This document shows, piece by piece, positions 11,831-26,500 of a DNA stretch of 64,000 nucleotides. The stretch's first letter is position 1. The number at the start of each line of letters is the position of its first letter. The stretch is from Macrostomum lignano (lineage: Eukaryota), in contig NIVC01000532.1 of assembly GCA_002269645.1 (NCBI GenBank), positions 186,001 to 250,000 on the forward strand. Reading direction: 5' to 3'. A program made the translations under genes and the position numbers. The notes below the pieces were generated by a model that saw only the letters and a list, made by a program, of their open reading frames with translations, ran no database searches and had not been told where the DNA came from.

Positions 11831-13364
11831 GTTGTGAGACTCAAAAGTTATGAATTGGAAAATGCCAATACACTTTACTGAGAAAGACGTCTGCAATCAG
11901 AAGTAAGCAGCCTAACATGTTCTCGAATGAGTTCACCCCTCGCTGAAGCAATGTGCAAATTTCACGCAAATAAAGAAGAAATCTTTATGCAATAACATCT
12001 TCTGCATGAAGTCATGTTGCGTATCTGTGGATTTTAACAGCAGATGTGGAAAAAACCTTTGAGCGTATTTTTCGCTTCGTGGAAAGCGTGTCACCCAATT
12101 AAAACATTCGTTTTTCAGTCAATTTAGTCTTTTCCTGGCTCATAGAACTAGAATTTTTGACATGCATTTGAAACCAAGCAAGTGTTTTTCCGAAACTTTG
12201 CGATTGAAGCATCGTTTTTAATGGCATTGGTAGTGACTGCTTCTGCTTTTGAGTATACTTTTCTTGTGTCTCAGTCTCCCTCCCCGGTTAATGAGCTAAT
12301 TAAAGTAAGTCATCTTTCTTAAAATTTCTGTGGGAAATTTCTCTGATGTACCGAAAGGCAAAGGTTTATGCATACAACGGCATCAGAATTTTTTATGTTT
12401 CATATCTCAGTGTGTATAAAAAGTTGAAGAGCATTCTTCATTTTTAGAGACAGTAGCAAAACCTGCTTTAATTACCTTTAGGGCGTTTTTTGAACCAAGG
12501 CGCACTTACTGCTACCCGACATTGTGGAGATTGGTGGAAATGGGGGTAATCACTCTTCCTATGTGCAATAGGAACTTATACAAAAGTTATACTACAGGGG
12601 TCCTTTAATTGGCCTCTAATAAGGTTTTTCGTTTTTTTTTCTTTAGCTGCACTTGCAAATTGAAGCTTTACAGTCTAGCACGTCCTAAAACAAAGTTTTT
12701 TTCGTTTGAGTTCTCCATAGAAAATAGAAATAGGTGCGCAACTCACTACTGAGCTGAGCAATTTGCGTTGTATTTCTAAGATACAATACGATTCCCAAAG
12801 AAAACAATATTATGAACGTATTTATCGTTTGATGTAGAAGATATCGATATAACAAAAGCAAAGATCACTGCAGCATACAAAAAACTGACTAAAAATTCAC
12901 ATATGTAGAAATTAAGGAAGTCAGTGCATACATCTTTGTAATATGGCTGGCGAATGCCAGCTAAAAAGGCAGTTTTGTCATTTTAATTGACTGAGTAGAC
13001 AGCCAAAACTCGCTTGAAATTGGACTCTAGCAGGATAGACGCAGCTGAATTTATCAGAAGAAACGCTGAACATGCTCAAAGTAAAAATTAAAATTTGATA
13101 GATTTTTGGGTCGGCTATGGCTCTTGTAAATGGCAAGAACTTTCTATGCTTTTGTTGTCTTTTTAACTGTGCCCTCAGTTAAAAGTATTTTCTTATATTT
13201 TATTTATAACATTATTATTCTCTTTATTCGTAATGATGAAACGTAATGATGAAACGTTACTAATTAATTATGGTATTTACTAAGCATCTGTATATATTAT
13301 AAATAACGTGTGCCAGCCCATCCTTATCTATACATTAACTACGACATGCAAACTACGAGCTATA

Positions 13365-15032
13365 TCACAGCGGTGTCTCGTAGCACCCTGTGCTGGTTGA
13401 CCTTTTCATTCGTGTCTCTGTCTCTCCGTGCCGCCGTCTTCGTCGAGATCGATGCTGCTGCTGCTGCTGCTGCTGATTCTGCTGGTACAGCCTCTGCTGC
13501 TGCTGTTCTTCAGGCTCACTTTCTGGTTTCCCTGTTGAATTCGAGTCCAGTTCATCTACGGAGCTGTGCCTCACCTTCAGAATGGACTTCAGAGCCCCGC
13601 CTCCAACGCTGCCAGCTGGCTTCTGTCGATAAATCGCGATGGTAGGATAGTACACGCAGTACAAAGTGTACTTTACCTGCGGACAACGGTAGCCCGAGGA
13701 CATGGGATTTGACCGCTTTGAATTAAATGAGGCCAAGAAGCTGCCCCTAGAGTTGCGTCGCTGTTGTTGCTGCTGCTGCTGCTGCAGCGGTTGAACCTGC
13801 GACTGTTGGCTGTTGGGAATGGCGCAGTTAATTGCTTCAACGAATGATGCCTCAGGACAGGGCATCGGGATACCCGGTTGCAGCTTTGGCACAGTGCCAA
13901 TGAGGATCGGACAGCCTAGTGTCACGTCTTTCACAGGTACATGGGAAAAACCGAGAGTGACGCACATCTGAATTGCGTACTCCACTGCAATTGGGTGTTG
14001 GAAGTGGCTATTCGGCAGAGATGTCGCTACCACGCCCGGAATGTGTAGCTTGTGCTTCGCCGACCAGAAGCGCTCCGGTTCCTTTCCAGGACCAAGAGAA
14101 GCCACCTGCTCCTGCAGCACAACCTGGTTGCGGCTGCCAAGTCGACGCTGGTTGCTCCCGAGAGCGGTGGCTCGCTGCACCAACTTTAGGACGATTCGCT
14201 GCACTGGTAACGTACTGGAGGAGCAGTGCACGCTCAGATGGCAGTTGACGTCTTCACCTGGCACGTATGCGTCCTTCTTTAGCATCATTGAGGTTTTCAC
14301 CTCGTCTTTCAGCAACTTATTGATAAGGCGATCAACACTGGTGCACGAGGTCTCGTCAAAGGTGCAACGCTGGGCCACAGCCGGCGCATTGAGATCAACA
14401 TCCTCGATCAAGGTGAAAAACTGCGTTGCTTCAATTCCATCGGCCTCGTCCAAGGAGAAGGTGACAACGGCGCGGCAGCAGTAGCGCACGCAGCCGAACT
14501 CCTGACACTCGACTGAGTGCGGCAGCCAGCGGGGAAGCTGAAACTCGAAGCTGCGTTTCTCAACCAATCGGCTGCCTGGCAGAAGGTTTTCCTCGATGGA
14601 CAGGTGACGCCGGCAGACCAGTCTCTGTTTCGAAACGCCGTTACTGGTCTCGGGAGGCAACTCGGAATAGCCGACGCACTCGATCTTGTAACCTGTCGCA
14701 TAGACCGGTCCGCGCGTCTCGACGGTCACCCAGCCGGCGATGCGGTCTCCGCTGCGGAAGACCCGACGGCCGCCGCTGAAGCAGACGTCAAAGAGAAGCA
14801 GGCGACTCTTGGCCGATGCTGTGGCCAGCGCCGACAGGCTGGGCGCCTGTGCTGGCGTTGTCGACGGGGAAAGCGCCGGCGATGAGGTTCCCGACGAGCT
14901 GGCAACAGAGTCGTTGGCGTGCAAGATGACGAGCGACGGCGTCTCTTTGGTCATGCTCATGAGCCCGGGCGCCCCTTCTAGGCGTCTCTGTGAGTTTAAC
15001 AAGGGGTTTTCAGCTAAAGATAAAGCTGACAT
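13365..15032 (-). CDS. Alpha-arrestin (arrestin-domain-containing, ARRDC-like) protein, intronless, 555 aa
   Basis: Arrestin_N hallmarks (VFRSGDRIAGWV, FEFQLPRWLPHSVECQEFGCVRYCCRA) and Arrestin_C (KDAYVPGEDV, IAVEYAIQM, CPILIGTVP), with a polyQ C-terminal tail. Confidence 0.9.
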   Translation of the reverse strand: MSALSLAENPLLNSQRRLEGAPGLMSMTKETPSLVILHANDSVASSSGTSSPALSPSTTPAQAPSLSALATASAKSRLLLFDVCFSGGRRVFRSGDRIAGWVTVETRGPVYATGYKIECVGYSELPPETSNGVSKQRLVCRRHLSIEENLLPGSRLVEKRSFEFQLPRWLPHSVECQEFGCVRYCCRAVVTFSLDEADGIEATQFFTLIEDVDLNAPAVAQRCTFDETSCTSVDRLINKLLKDEVKTSMMLKKDAYVPGEDVNCHLSVHCSSSTLPVQRIVLKLVQRATALGSNQRRLGSRNQVVLQEQVASLGPGKEPERFWSAKHKLHIPGVVATSLPNSHFQHPIAVEYAIQMCVTLGFSHVPVKDVTLGCPILIGTVPKLQPGIPMPCPEASFVEAINCAIPNSQQSQVQPLQQQQQQQQRRNSRGSFLASFNSKRSNPMSSGYRCPQVKYTLYCVYYPTIAIYRQKPAGSVGGGALKSILKVRHSSVDELDSNSTGKPESEPEEQQQQRLYQQNQQQQQQQHRSRRRRRHGETETRMKRSTSTGCYETPL

Positions 15033-17590
15033 CTAAATAGCTGCTCTACTGGAATAAGTCTTTATAGAGATATGCGCGAATCCAGCGCTTTGCTAGAGCT
15101 TTCTTGATGGAAAGAGTCGCACGATTCAAGCAGACTATGCTGTACACTCCAGATGTGCATGTCGGTTAAGACGGGCACACAAGATAGTGGTTGGCTATTG
15201 TTTGATCAGGTTACGAAGTAGAAAAAAGCACGGACCTAGCAAGCGACAGAATGAAAGAATGAGTTCTCTTGCCAGGTTGGGACTGGAATTTTCCAGTGAG
15301 AGCAGAATAAAGTAATAGTAACTTCAATGGAGTACTGATATTTCTATAGACTCTGGAGTCTGGATGCTGACCGTTAACCAAAAAATCAACTTACATTGCA
15401 TGTACGGTAGCTTCAAAAGTACCCGACGACTTTTTGCTTCGTGCAATATAAATATTTCCGTTATCTTGATGGTGGCAAGAAAAACAAGTTTGCTTTTTTG
15501 GTAAAATTAATTGGTTTAGTGAAACGCAGGCTAAAGGGATAGTTGTTCACTCGGTCGATTTTGTAATATTGTAATAAAAAACTGAACGCTGGTATAGGCG
15601 AAATACACGGTGCAATTCCTCTCTCTCTTTCCCTCTGTCTCTGAGCCGCTGTGTCCATACAGTCTGTACTTGAATTGCGTAGGTGAGGCGGTCGCTTGAG
15701 CAAGGTCTGTTACAGTACAAGGCTTGGCGATACGGAAATGACTCGCGGACTAAGCTGAGCAAGACAGACCTGCCCAAGTCCATAGCAACTGTACTGTGCT
15801 GTACAGTACAGACAGAGCGGGAGAGGGGGCAGAAAATGAATGAAAAGCTAACAACACTGGGAGAGAGAAAATATCGGGCGTTTCACCTTTGGGCATTGAG
15901 TCCGGAGCAGGGCAGGGAGGAGCAGCTTGGCGAGAATGTGAGCTCTGCACAGCGCGTTGCCAAACCGCGAGCAAGCAATCATTTTCTTTGCTCTTGCCGC
16001 TCAACGAACCTAAATGATTTTATTGGCCAACGGGAATATAATGGCGCAGATTGTATAACTACACACTCGTATATAATTTTATCTTTTGGCTTCTCACAAT
16101 CTATATTTTTATGCTGCAGTATTGTGCAAAGTCATTTCCCACACACTTGTCTCGCCTTCTTGGCTTTGGCAGAAGGTTAACTAGATTATTTCCAAAAATA
16201 CGCGTAATTTGTACAAACTATTCTTGCTCAACAAAGCGCGCGCGTTTCATACATTCACATGTACATATACCATTGCGAGGGGGGCCAGTAGACAAATATA
16301 GACGCTTTCTGAGTCGAGTCTATATGCTCTATCAACCACAGTGTGGCGCTGTATCACACCGTATACGAATATCACATATGTATGTAATTTATATAACGTA
16401 TATGTATATAACGTATATATATGTGAAAAATTCGAAAGGCCGTTGGCCATCGCATATATAACATATGTGATGGAATAGAAAGATCCAGGGGGAAAGAATA
16501 ATTACAAGTATATTTCTATGAAATTAAAAGTCAGATATGCCTCCAGCTCTCCATTTCTGCAAGCCTAACACGGACCAGCCAAGATGCATTTACATGTATA
16601 GCAAAACATGCAGTGGTGAACTTGAAAATTCAGTGATGGAACCGCGAGATTTCCTAAAATTATATTAGACAAGTCGTTGCGTTGCTGTGCTTAACTTTTT
16701 TCATAACGCTATATAATTGTCTCTGCAAAAAAATAAAATTTCACATCATTATTGACCAATATAAATGCTGTGGCGCGCAGGCCCTCAAAAGTCAAAATGC
16801 TATACAGAATGAACGATTTACATGTAATGAAACACAACTAGCTAGCTAAATGTATGGGATATGGATAGAATTATCAAGGATGAATTTAGAAATGTCTACT
16901 CTATTAGTCTACTTAAAATTAACTAAGGGATCCATCCAATTGGCATATTCAATAAGGCATAAAAGTAATTTACAGATGTAAAATTGTATACTAACGGCTT
17001 GATGTATATAGTTTACAAAAAATCACTTTTTCTCGCAAAAAAACAAATAAAACAAAACCTTTACTATTAAATTTCCTTTAACTGCTGGAAAAAATACAAT
17101 TAAAAATAAAAAAATTGATACAAAAACTTTCAAAGCATACTACAAAGCATAACATGCGTCTCAACTTTTTTAAAATTCAATTGATTCTTATGATGATAAC
17201 TCATTTGAGATTGAAGTCGCGCGCCGCTCGATGGTACCTACCCTGCTCGCTTGCTTGATTGTAATTAGAAGTGGCTGTTCTTTTTGTTAGCCTTTTGTAC
17301 TGTTCAAGCGCACCTTTCCTGTTATCCTTAAGCTTTTATTCTACGAAATATGATTAAGCTGTACCTTGACATTTAGAATTAGAATATTTTTGACTTAAGT
17401 AAAAAGAGATCAATAATCGGCCGCATAACCTCTCTTTGCCGTTGGCTAACACCTAAGATTTAAATATCTAGTTAGTGCAACTACAGTTGAGTTTTCGAGT
17501 TGCTTTTTAGCTAGGCCTAAAGCAATTGACTCATTGAGCCTAAACTATCGATTTTTCACAAAAACTTACAAGATTTAATCTATTAAACCT

Positions 17591-20500
17591 ATGGCTTCTC
17601 GTGGTGCTAAAAGATCAGCTCAAGGAAATTTATTGCAGCAGATTGACGATTTTCTAAAATCTGCAGATGGATTGCTTGGTGCAGAATCAAGCGAAACTGA
17701 AAGCTTTTCTATTTCGACTAGTGCAATGAATAGACCTAGTCAGCCTAGACAAGACAGACCTTTTCGAAATGTTCCTATTCCAAAAGAAACTTCAGGCAGC
17801 AAAACAGGAAGAGTAGCTACATCTTCGAGGCCTGATAGGCCTATGGAAAGATTGTTATCAGCTTACCAAAGACAAAGTAATACTCCAACTTTTTCTACTT
17901 CTGAAGATTCTGATTCTGAAGAAATTAAGCAAAGAGGTCCATATGCAGGTGGGTTTTTAAAATCATTTTTGAGTTTTGTCTTTTTTATTATGCCTATTGA
18001 ATCTAATATTGTCAATGTTTTTTTTTAAATAGTTAGTTATTTTATTTAATGCACTAGCCACTGGTTTATATACTAATTTGTAGCATTGCCATTGTTAAAT
18101 TTAGAATCACATAATAACTAAATTTTTATACAAGTTTTAATGACTTGTTTTGGTATTAAATTATTATTTCTGATCAATAAATGCCAGGGTGTACTTTATA
18201 TATCAAATGCACAAAATATTTACAGATTTTGTTTGCTAGAAAAGTATATGGTGAAATCCAAAAATCAGGGGCAAATTTTTTTGAAAATTCGTTTTTTGGC
18301 AATTTGAAAGCAATAAAGCTATAAAATAAATTTATTCAAGTTTTTAAAAGGTAAAAAAGTCTATTAAAGCACAAATTATTTTTGTATAGCTTTATTTTTA
18401 ATAAAATGATTTGTTAAAACGGTAAGTTTAATTACGACCTAAAATGAGTCTAATGAAAATGATAGAAAAGCTATAATAATGCATTTTAATAACTTTAACT
18501 ATCTTATAATGTTACACTCTATAATTCTACAACATATTTAACATTATTTTCAAGGGTTTATTTGTTTATCACTTGCGTTACTCTTGACAATGTGTATTTT
18601 GTAGAGTTCGTTTGCAATAAATAGTGTTCAATGTAAGTTTATTATTTAAACATACAAATTCCCGTAAGGATTGGAAAATTGCATTTTACTCAGCTTCTAC
18701 TAAAGCGATTTGGAAAATTCTTTTTTCCTACATACACGCCGCGATGATACATGTTTTAGTGTAATTTCATTGTTCTTTGTCGCTTAATGAGCATACAGTA
18801 AGCATCTGATTTGGAAGCCAGGTAACACACTGGAATTCCCATAAGGATTGGAAAATTGCATTTTACTCAGCTTCTACTAAAGCGATTTGTAAAATTCTTT
18901 TTTCCTACATACACGCCGCGATGATACATGTTTTAGTGTAATTTCGTTGTTCTTTGTCGCTTAATGAGCATACAGTAAGCATCTGATTTGGAAGCCGGGT
19001 AACACATTGGAATTCCCATAAGGATTGGAAAATTGCATTTTACTCAGCTTCTACTAAAGCGATTTGGAAAATTCTTTTTTTCCTGCATACACGCCGCGAT
19101 GATACATGTTTTAGTGTAATTTCATTGTTCTTCGTTGCTTAATGAGCATACAGTAAGCATCTGATTTGGAAGCCTGGTAACACATTGGAATTCCCATAAG
19201 GATTGGAAAATTGCATTTTACTCAGCTTCTACTAAAGCGATTTGGAAAATTCTTTTTTCCTGCATATACACCGCAATGATACATGTTTTAGTGTAATTTC
19301 ATTGTTCTTCGTCGCTTAATGAGCATACAGTAAGCATCTGATTTGGATGCCGGGTTCATATTTTGTGGTACCATTTTTTACCCAAAATTTTTAAGTCTAA
19401 AAATAGGCATATTTCAAATACTAATACTATGCAAGTTAATATTCAAATGAAAGAAAACAACTTGAAGATTATTTTGCAGCAAGGAATTAGCAATATATTT
19501 ACTTTTAGAGAAAGATGTTTGCTGGCAAACTTTGCACTTTATATTAGTATGAATTTTCGCGAGTTTATATGGTTTTAGAAAAACTTTGAAATCCTTAGAA
19601 ATACTTCATCTTTTTGAATTGAATAAAAAGTAAAACACAGATTACTTTCTGTTTTGTAAGTAGTAAAAAAATTAGCCTTCTCTAAGGCCTACAAGTCTTA
19701 AAATTAATTGTTTAATAATTAAAAAAATTGAAACAAAAAATTGCAAATCGGTCAACTTGGACTTTCAAAATGATTTTTTGTGGTTTTTTCTTATTTATTC
19801 AACAATATAAAGCATGAAAACAATAGTTTTTATCTAGAACTATTTTCTAAAGACCTATCTATCTTTCAAAAACCTTTTTTAGATACATTACTTTCCATCG
19901 AATGTCTGCAGATTTGTTTTACCGTTTTATCCCACGTTTTTGGATTTCGCCATATATATTGTTGGATTTAAATGTAATATAGCAATGATAACAATAGCAT
20001 TAATATTATTTTATTAAAGCTCTCTCAAGACCAAAAAATCTTTATTGAAGTTTTATGTATACATATTATATTTTTTTACTTTCTATACAGAATGTGTAAT
20101 TTTTTGGGATGAATTTCAACCTGGCATAAAGGATCAATTTTATATTTGGTAAAATTTTAATTTATAGTCTATCTATAGGCTACCTAAAAAAATAAAAACT
20201 CTATGTATATATATGTGTCTATGGACAATTTTGTTTACTATAGACTCCCAGGGTCTTAGTCATTTCGTCAACTGGCCATTTTGTCAACTTAGTTTTTGCA
20301 TTGGTTGTTTTGTCAACTAGCCAATGAAGCGGTCTCAAACCTTAGTCACTTCATCAACTGACCAATGGAGAGTTCCCCAACATTGGTCACTTTGTCAACT
20401 ACCAATAAACTACCCCCCATGGCCGTAAAACAACTAAAACTGAACCCTAAAATGACTAAGTCAATAGGCTAATTAATATATAGATACCCTTCTATACAAC

Positions 20501-23500
20501 ATCTGCTGGCTTCGATCGATGCATCTCTGACTATATATTAACAAACAATAATTCACTCAGGTGTTTGAAATGTGTGTAGTATAACGCAGTTGATACCCCA
20601 TGTTACACATTTGCATGACAATTTTTAGATGTACATGTAGAAATTCATTACAGAGTAGTTGATGAGTACTAGACCAAAAATAATAATGCTTGAAATGGTC
20701 CACTCTACATGGTACATTTTAAAAATATATATATAAAAAGCATTCCAAATTAACCATTACATTTATGGTCATATCGATGTCAATCATGCTCACGCATTAA
20801 AATTTATATAATAATATATTTTTTGCACACACTATATTTAAAACCTATATTAAGTATTAAGCACAATCGTACTGCTATTGTAGTGCGATTTCTGTATGGT
20901 AAGTGGTAATATGGTACTAAATGCAGACAAAAGAAAAATATATTATTTTAAGAAAATTGCAATATTAGGACATCTTGGAAACTGTACATTACGTTACAAT
21001 AGCATATGGTTCATGTACAAAGTGCAGACAGAAAAAAAATAAAAAAAATAAAATAATATATAGTGAATGTTACATATATAATCAGGTAAAAACAAGTTGT
21101 AAAACAGTCCAATTAATGAATTATAAAGTCTTATACTTAGCTGCACTTTTATTGTTGCTGCTGCTGCTATTGTGCCCTGCTGTGTGCAAAATGCGGAATG
21201 TGGCCAAGTCTTGTGCAGCTGAGCAGGAATGCACGAATCGAAAGCGCGCGGCTACAGTACTGCGCCCAATATCACTCTACTTGCACTTGCAGCCGCTCGT
21301 ACCACGCCCGATGCTGCCACTCTTGTACTCCTTGTTGCACCAGCGTGGCGTGCACAGGTACCAGCAGTACCTCCGTATGGAGCAGTTGAATGAGAGGGTA
21401 CAGGGTGAGTTTGACTCTCTCAGCCCGCTGCTTCAGTCGCCAATGCCAGCCTTTCACCTTGTTGTTTGTCCGAATGGACTGGCCATAAACGCTTATTTCA
21501 GCAGCGCTGGTCAGCCACGTACTGTTGACATACTCAGCCAGGTCCAGTAAAAGCGGCGCTTGCACTCCAGTGACAACTTGTGCTAGGCCGTCGTTCATGT
21601 GCTGGTATGGCAGGTAGGGCAGGTCCATCAGCATCCTGGTGAAATTCTTCGTACCTGGTCTATCAGGTAGGCCTGTTGCAATCCTATATACTGAATGCGA
21701 CGAAATATTGCCTGTGCATAGTGAAAAAGGCAGCCTTGAAGCCTGACCATAGGGAAGACAGCTCGCAAGGCCTGCCAAACAGCAGCCTCAAAGTCCATTA
21801 TGCAGACTTCAGGTGTTGTGTTGCTGATTGCCTCCCGCAGCGATTGAAATACAGCAGTATAGTTGTTGACAGCCTTGCCTGACATTATAGCAAATGCTAG
21901 GGGCACTTGTTTGACTGTTGTTCCTTGCCGGATGTAGCAGTGCACAGAGTAGAGTTGCTTGAATGGTGCATGGATGACATCAAAAGTGCCGTCTAGAAAC
22001 CATAGCTGACGGGATGCCAGCAGCTCAATTTGATTTGTAGTAAAAAGCAGCAAATGGTGTTTGCCAGTTCCTTCAACTTGGATGTCAGCCCGAACAAAAT
22101 CTGGAGAGATACGGTCCATAGCCAGATAAAACTGGAGGTCAGATGGGGGCATTGGATGCTTAGCTTCCCAAGCTCTATTTGCAATCCGCACCAGTTGACA
22201 AATAGCTGGTACTTCCTGGCCAAAGTCAGTCACGCTTTGGTCTAGCAGCTTCAACTCCACGATTGCAGCAGCTGATCAAAAGCACTGCCGCTTTGCTTCA
22301 TCCTTGACCAGAGCGACAATGCAATGCTTCACTCCTTCGCCACAATGACTGCAGGCAGGTCATGAGGCTCCAGACCCTCCATCGAGACCTCAGCCATGCG
22401 AGCTGGTTCTTTGAATGGCCCTGCATGTGATGATGACAAGATATTATAGTCAATGTTTTGTGGATGTTTTTTTTAACCTATTACCTTTAACCTTTAACCT
22501 TTAACCTACAACCTTTTACCTCCATTTTTACAAATGTGGGTTAAGGCACTAGTAAAGTATGAAGATGCCTGCCCCTTTAATACTCTCGTAGGTATGGCCG
22601 TGGTGTAAAGAGCAATGTGAAGGTGAGTGAGTGAGCTGAGTGAGGGAGAGAAGAGAAGAGAGAAAAAGGAGAAGAGAAAAAAGGAGAAAAGAAAGGGAAG
22701 AGAGTACAGAGAAGAGAGATGAGAGTGAAGAGAGTAGAGAAGAGAGCTGAAGAGGGGGAGAGAAGAGAGGAGAAAGAAAGGAAAAGAGAAAAGAGGAGAA
22801 AGGAGAGAGGAGAAAGAAGTGAGAAGAGAGGAGACAGAAGAGAACATAGAAGTTTCAAAGGACACAAAAGGGTCTCAACAGCTTGTAATATTGTATATAC
22901 GCTCAGCTCACTCACTCACCTGAACAGGGTTTTAAATGTACATCCCTCCTATGTACAGCTAGCTGCTCATCAGTTTTATCAGACTGAGAAAAATAAACTT
23001 AAAAGACAAACTTGCATTGCATTACATACTAATTTTTGGACTGACAAAGAGCCCAGGGGCTTAAAACTGGTAGCCTATATACTCATACTAAATTTTAACA
23101 CTCTTCTCTCTCTCAACCTCTCTCTCTCCCCCTTCTCTCTCTCTCTCTTTCACTTTCTCTATATCTCTCTCTTATATCAGGCACTTACCAGCATTGGCAG
23201 CATACAATTCCTCTAAAAGACCTTGTTCATCCCCCTCTGCTGGCTCTGCGACCAGAGCTGGTGCTGTCTGTGCAACTAGAGCTGGTGCTGGATCTGCGAC
23301 TGGAGCTGGTGTTGGCTCTCCGACCTGAGCTGGTGCTGGCTCTGCAACCGTAGCTAGTGCTAGCCTTGCGACTGATAGAGCTGCTGGTCCTGGTACATTT
23401 TTAACAGGTTGAGTGAGCCAAGAGACAAATTGCAATTTTTACCTATTTGATATTCTTTAGTTGCCTCTGGTGTCTCTAGACATGTGCCAAATGACCACTC

Positions 23501-26500
23501 AAATGCGTCCATGCGCATGAAGTGTCTATACTCCGCAATCGACACATTCGTTCCACAAGCACAATGCTGCCATTGCTTGCATTTATCACACTGCAGAGCC
23601 TGTTGTTGCAGTCAAACACGTTCGCTGCAGAAAATGCAGCTATCAGCTATAGCCTGCTGCATGATCGGTAAATTATATATGTAATATTGAGGAAACAAAC
23701 TGATTAAATTATGACTTTGACAGGACTTCCATTTATATAGGCTCATTCCATATAAGCATGGTCGTAACATGACAGGTTATTTTTACTTATAAAATGAAAT
23801 CTAATAATAGAATATTCTAAACCAATATTTTAAATGAAGATTATTTTGTCTAGAATATATTTATAGAGTTTCATATAGATATCATCATTAGTATAGATGC
23901 TATTAAACCTTAAATGACACTTATGGTTGTAACGACAGGATTTTTGACATATAGAAACTAAAAGGTAAAAGTCTTATAACATTTTTCATTTTTGATATTT
24001 TGCAATACATTTTTAAAATTTGACTAAGAACATCTTTAGAAATCATACTCTTTTATTAGAATATATAAACTCAAAAGGCAACAAAGATACAAAAGAAAAG
24101 GCAGCCTTATGGTTGTAACATTATGGTCGTAACATATTTTTTTCTGTCAATTCAGTAACTTTGAGGTACTAATACATTAAAAATATAATAGATTATTTGG
24201 TCACCAATGCTTTTATCTGATGATGCAAGTACTATACTTTTATCTATAGTTTGTTTCAACCTTCAAAAGCTTTCTATTTGTTTTTAAAAGGTACAAAATC
24301 TTAATGATGTCTTTTGCTTCGAAAAATGTCCAAATTTTTACAAAAATGACTTTTTGCCAATTGATAACATACTAATCCAACATTTTACCATTCCTTTATT
24401 CTTAGATTGTATATATTGCACAATATAAACATTTGGTAAAAAAAATAGGCTAATTAGGCAATGGCAAGCAAAAATATTGACTTTTTTCTATTTTCCAAAT
24501 ATGTCCATCTTATATGGAATGAGCCTATAGCAGTTTAGATCATTAGGGTGGGGTGGCTTTGGAACTAGTGGGGTGTAAAGGACTTAACACTGGCTTAGCA
24601 CTTTAGTATTAAGCATGACAGGGAGTAAAATGGCTTACAATATGGCATGATATGCGTGAATCGTGCATGATATTCTTTGAGAGCATTCCCAGATATCAAG
24701 ATTTGCTATGGGGGATAAGCTTTGGTTGACTGCACTCAGCAGGGTGGAGGGGTGAGAAGGTGCATGCTGCAGTCCACTAATTTTCACGACTCCACAGGGG
24801 ACTATTAGCAGTCCTCCTGATGTGTTTTGATAGTATGAATGCCCACTGCACCATGTACTATATGGATACATGTACTGTATGCAGATTGCATAAAACACAA
24901 ATGCTCAAGATTCATTGACGCCCCGATGCATATGGGTATAAGTGTACATAGGTGACACATTTGCATCTAGAATATTTGTACCGGAACATTTAACCTATCG
25001 AATACATGTATAATGGGCATGCAGTTAACATATATATACTGTACACTGTAACAAAATTGAAAAGTTTGATTGTTTCAAATAATATTAGGTAATTATTAAA
25101 ACAAATTCATCGATATAACAATTATTGTAAGCTACACTGCTGTATGAACTACATATCATTCATATAATGACAATTTTGGTCACTTCATCAACAAGCAAAT
25201 GGGAAGGACCTAGGCATTGGTCACTTTGTCAACCACCAGTAAAGTCGCCTTAACACTTTGGTCACTTCATCAACCAAGTTGACAAAATGACCATCACCCA
25301 ACTCCCAAACCACGCAACCAAATTATAATAAATTTTATACCCACCCTAAACTCACTATAGAGAATGTCTTAGACTACTTTAAAATATCCTACTTAAAATT
25401 AAGTCTTCCTACTTTAAAGTGCAAAAAATTTCTCAAAAAGCTCTACTTTTTTACTAAATTTTGTGATTGTGATGGGAATTAATTAGCCATTTTAGTTCAT
25501 AGATATGGCAGTTTACCTATATAATATGAAAACATACATTCAATTCAGCTATAAGTTAGTAAAATTGACATAGTTTTCTTTTAAATATAGACAAAACTTT
25601 TTAGTAATTTTAAGTATCCAAGGCATCATTTTAAAGTTAAGACATGCATAAATATATAACTGATATTTAGGACTTAGAGACAAAAAAATCAACACTGTGT
25701 AGCAACAAAAATATCTAATGTAATATTGAGGCCTTTTTAATTTCAGTCTAGACACACTTCAAGTGCAATTTTTGCCAAGTATAAACATTGACTAGGAGTG
25801 CTCGCAATGTCAGTTAAAAATTAAATGATGCATAAGCTTTAGATTAAAACTTAACTGATGACAAGCAAATATTTTTAGCAGAGCAAGAGTTTCTTTTTTT
25901 TACTTAGAGTTGAGCAGGAAATATGCAAACATGCTTTAAACACAAAAATGTCCATAGAGTCAATACAATATTATATGTGGCACATATTGTTGCTGGGATG
26001 GGCATAATGGTATAGAAATTATTTTTTATTCAAAAAGATCTTTATTAAGTTTGAAAATTCCTTTCAAATTTAAAGCAAAGTAGTAAAACTAAACTTTTGT
26101 GTTGCTAAACCATAGTTTTTTATGTTTTTCTTTAATTTGACCATAAAAAACTTTTAAATGAAAAGAAAGCTTAAAGATGCATAAAAAGATGAAAAAAATC
26201 TGCAATAAATATCTTTGTTAAACAGAGCACTCATTTATTTGAATAATCTATCTATTAAATATCTATCAGGAAATCACTATATTTTTGTTGTTTGTTCAAA
26301 AACCTATTTGGCTTTAGCTAAAGATATAGCTATGGGAAGTTATGAATGTGGAGGTTTTTAAACAAAGCATATGGATATATAGTTACAGGAACACATACTT
26401 CCTATATCTAGTAATGTCATCTAACTGAGACTTAAAATACTAATGGGGCTGTTGATTTGATGGGGTTAAGGGATAAATGAATGTTGCCAGTTTCAAAATG

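Larger units (their letters stand above)
20251..25309 (-). mobile_element. Mutator/MULE DNA transposon, about 5.06 kb, in CoREST intron 1
   Basis: Left end GGGTCTTAGTCATTTCGTCAACT; right end reverse-complements to GGGTGATGGTCATTTTGTCAACT. Flanks GACTCCCA and AACTCCCA form an 8-bp TSD (7/8). A MULE transposase lies inside. Confidence 0.75.

Noticed and set aside
13310-15036. Multiple plus-strand ORFs over the arrestin gene and antisense ORFs over lectin and FCHO exons
   Set aside because: They are shadow ORFs of GC-rich coding sequence with no recognisable motifs.
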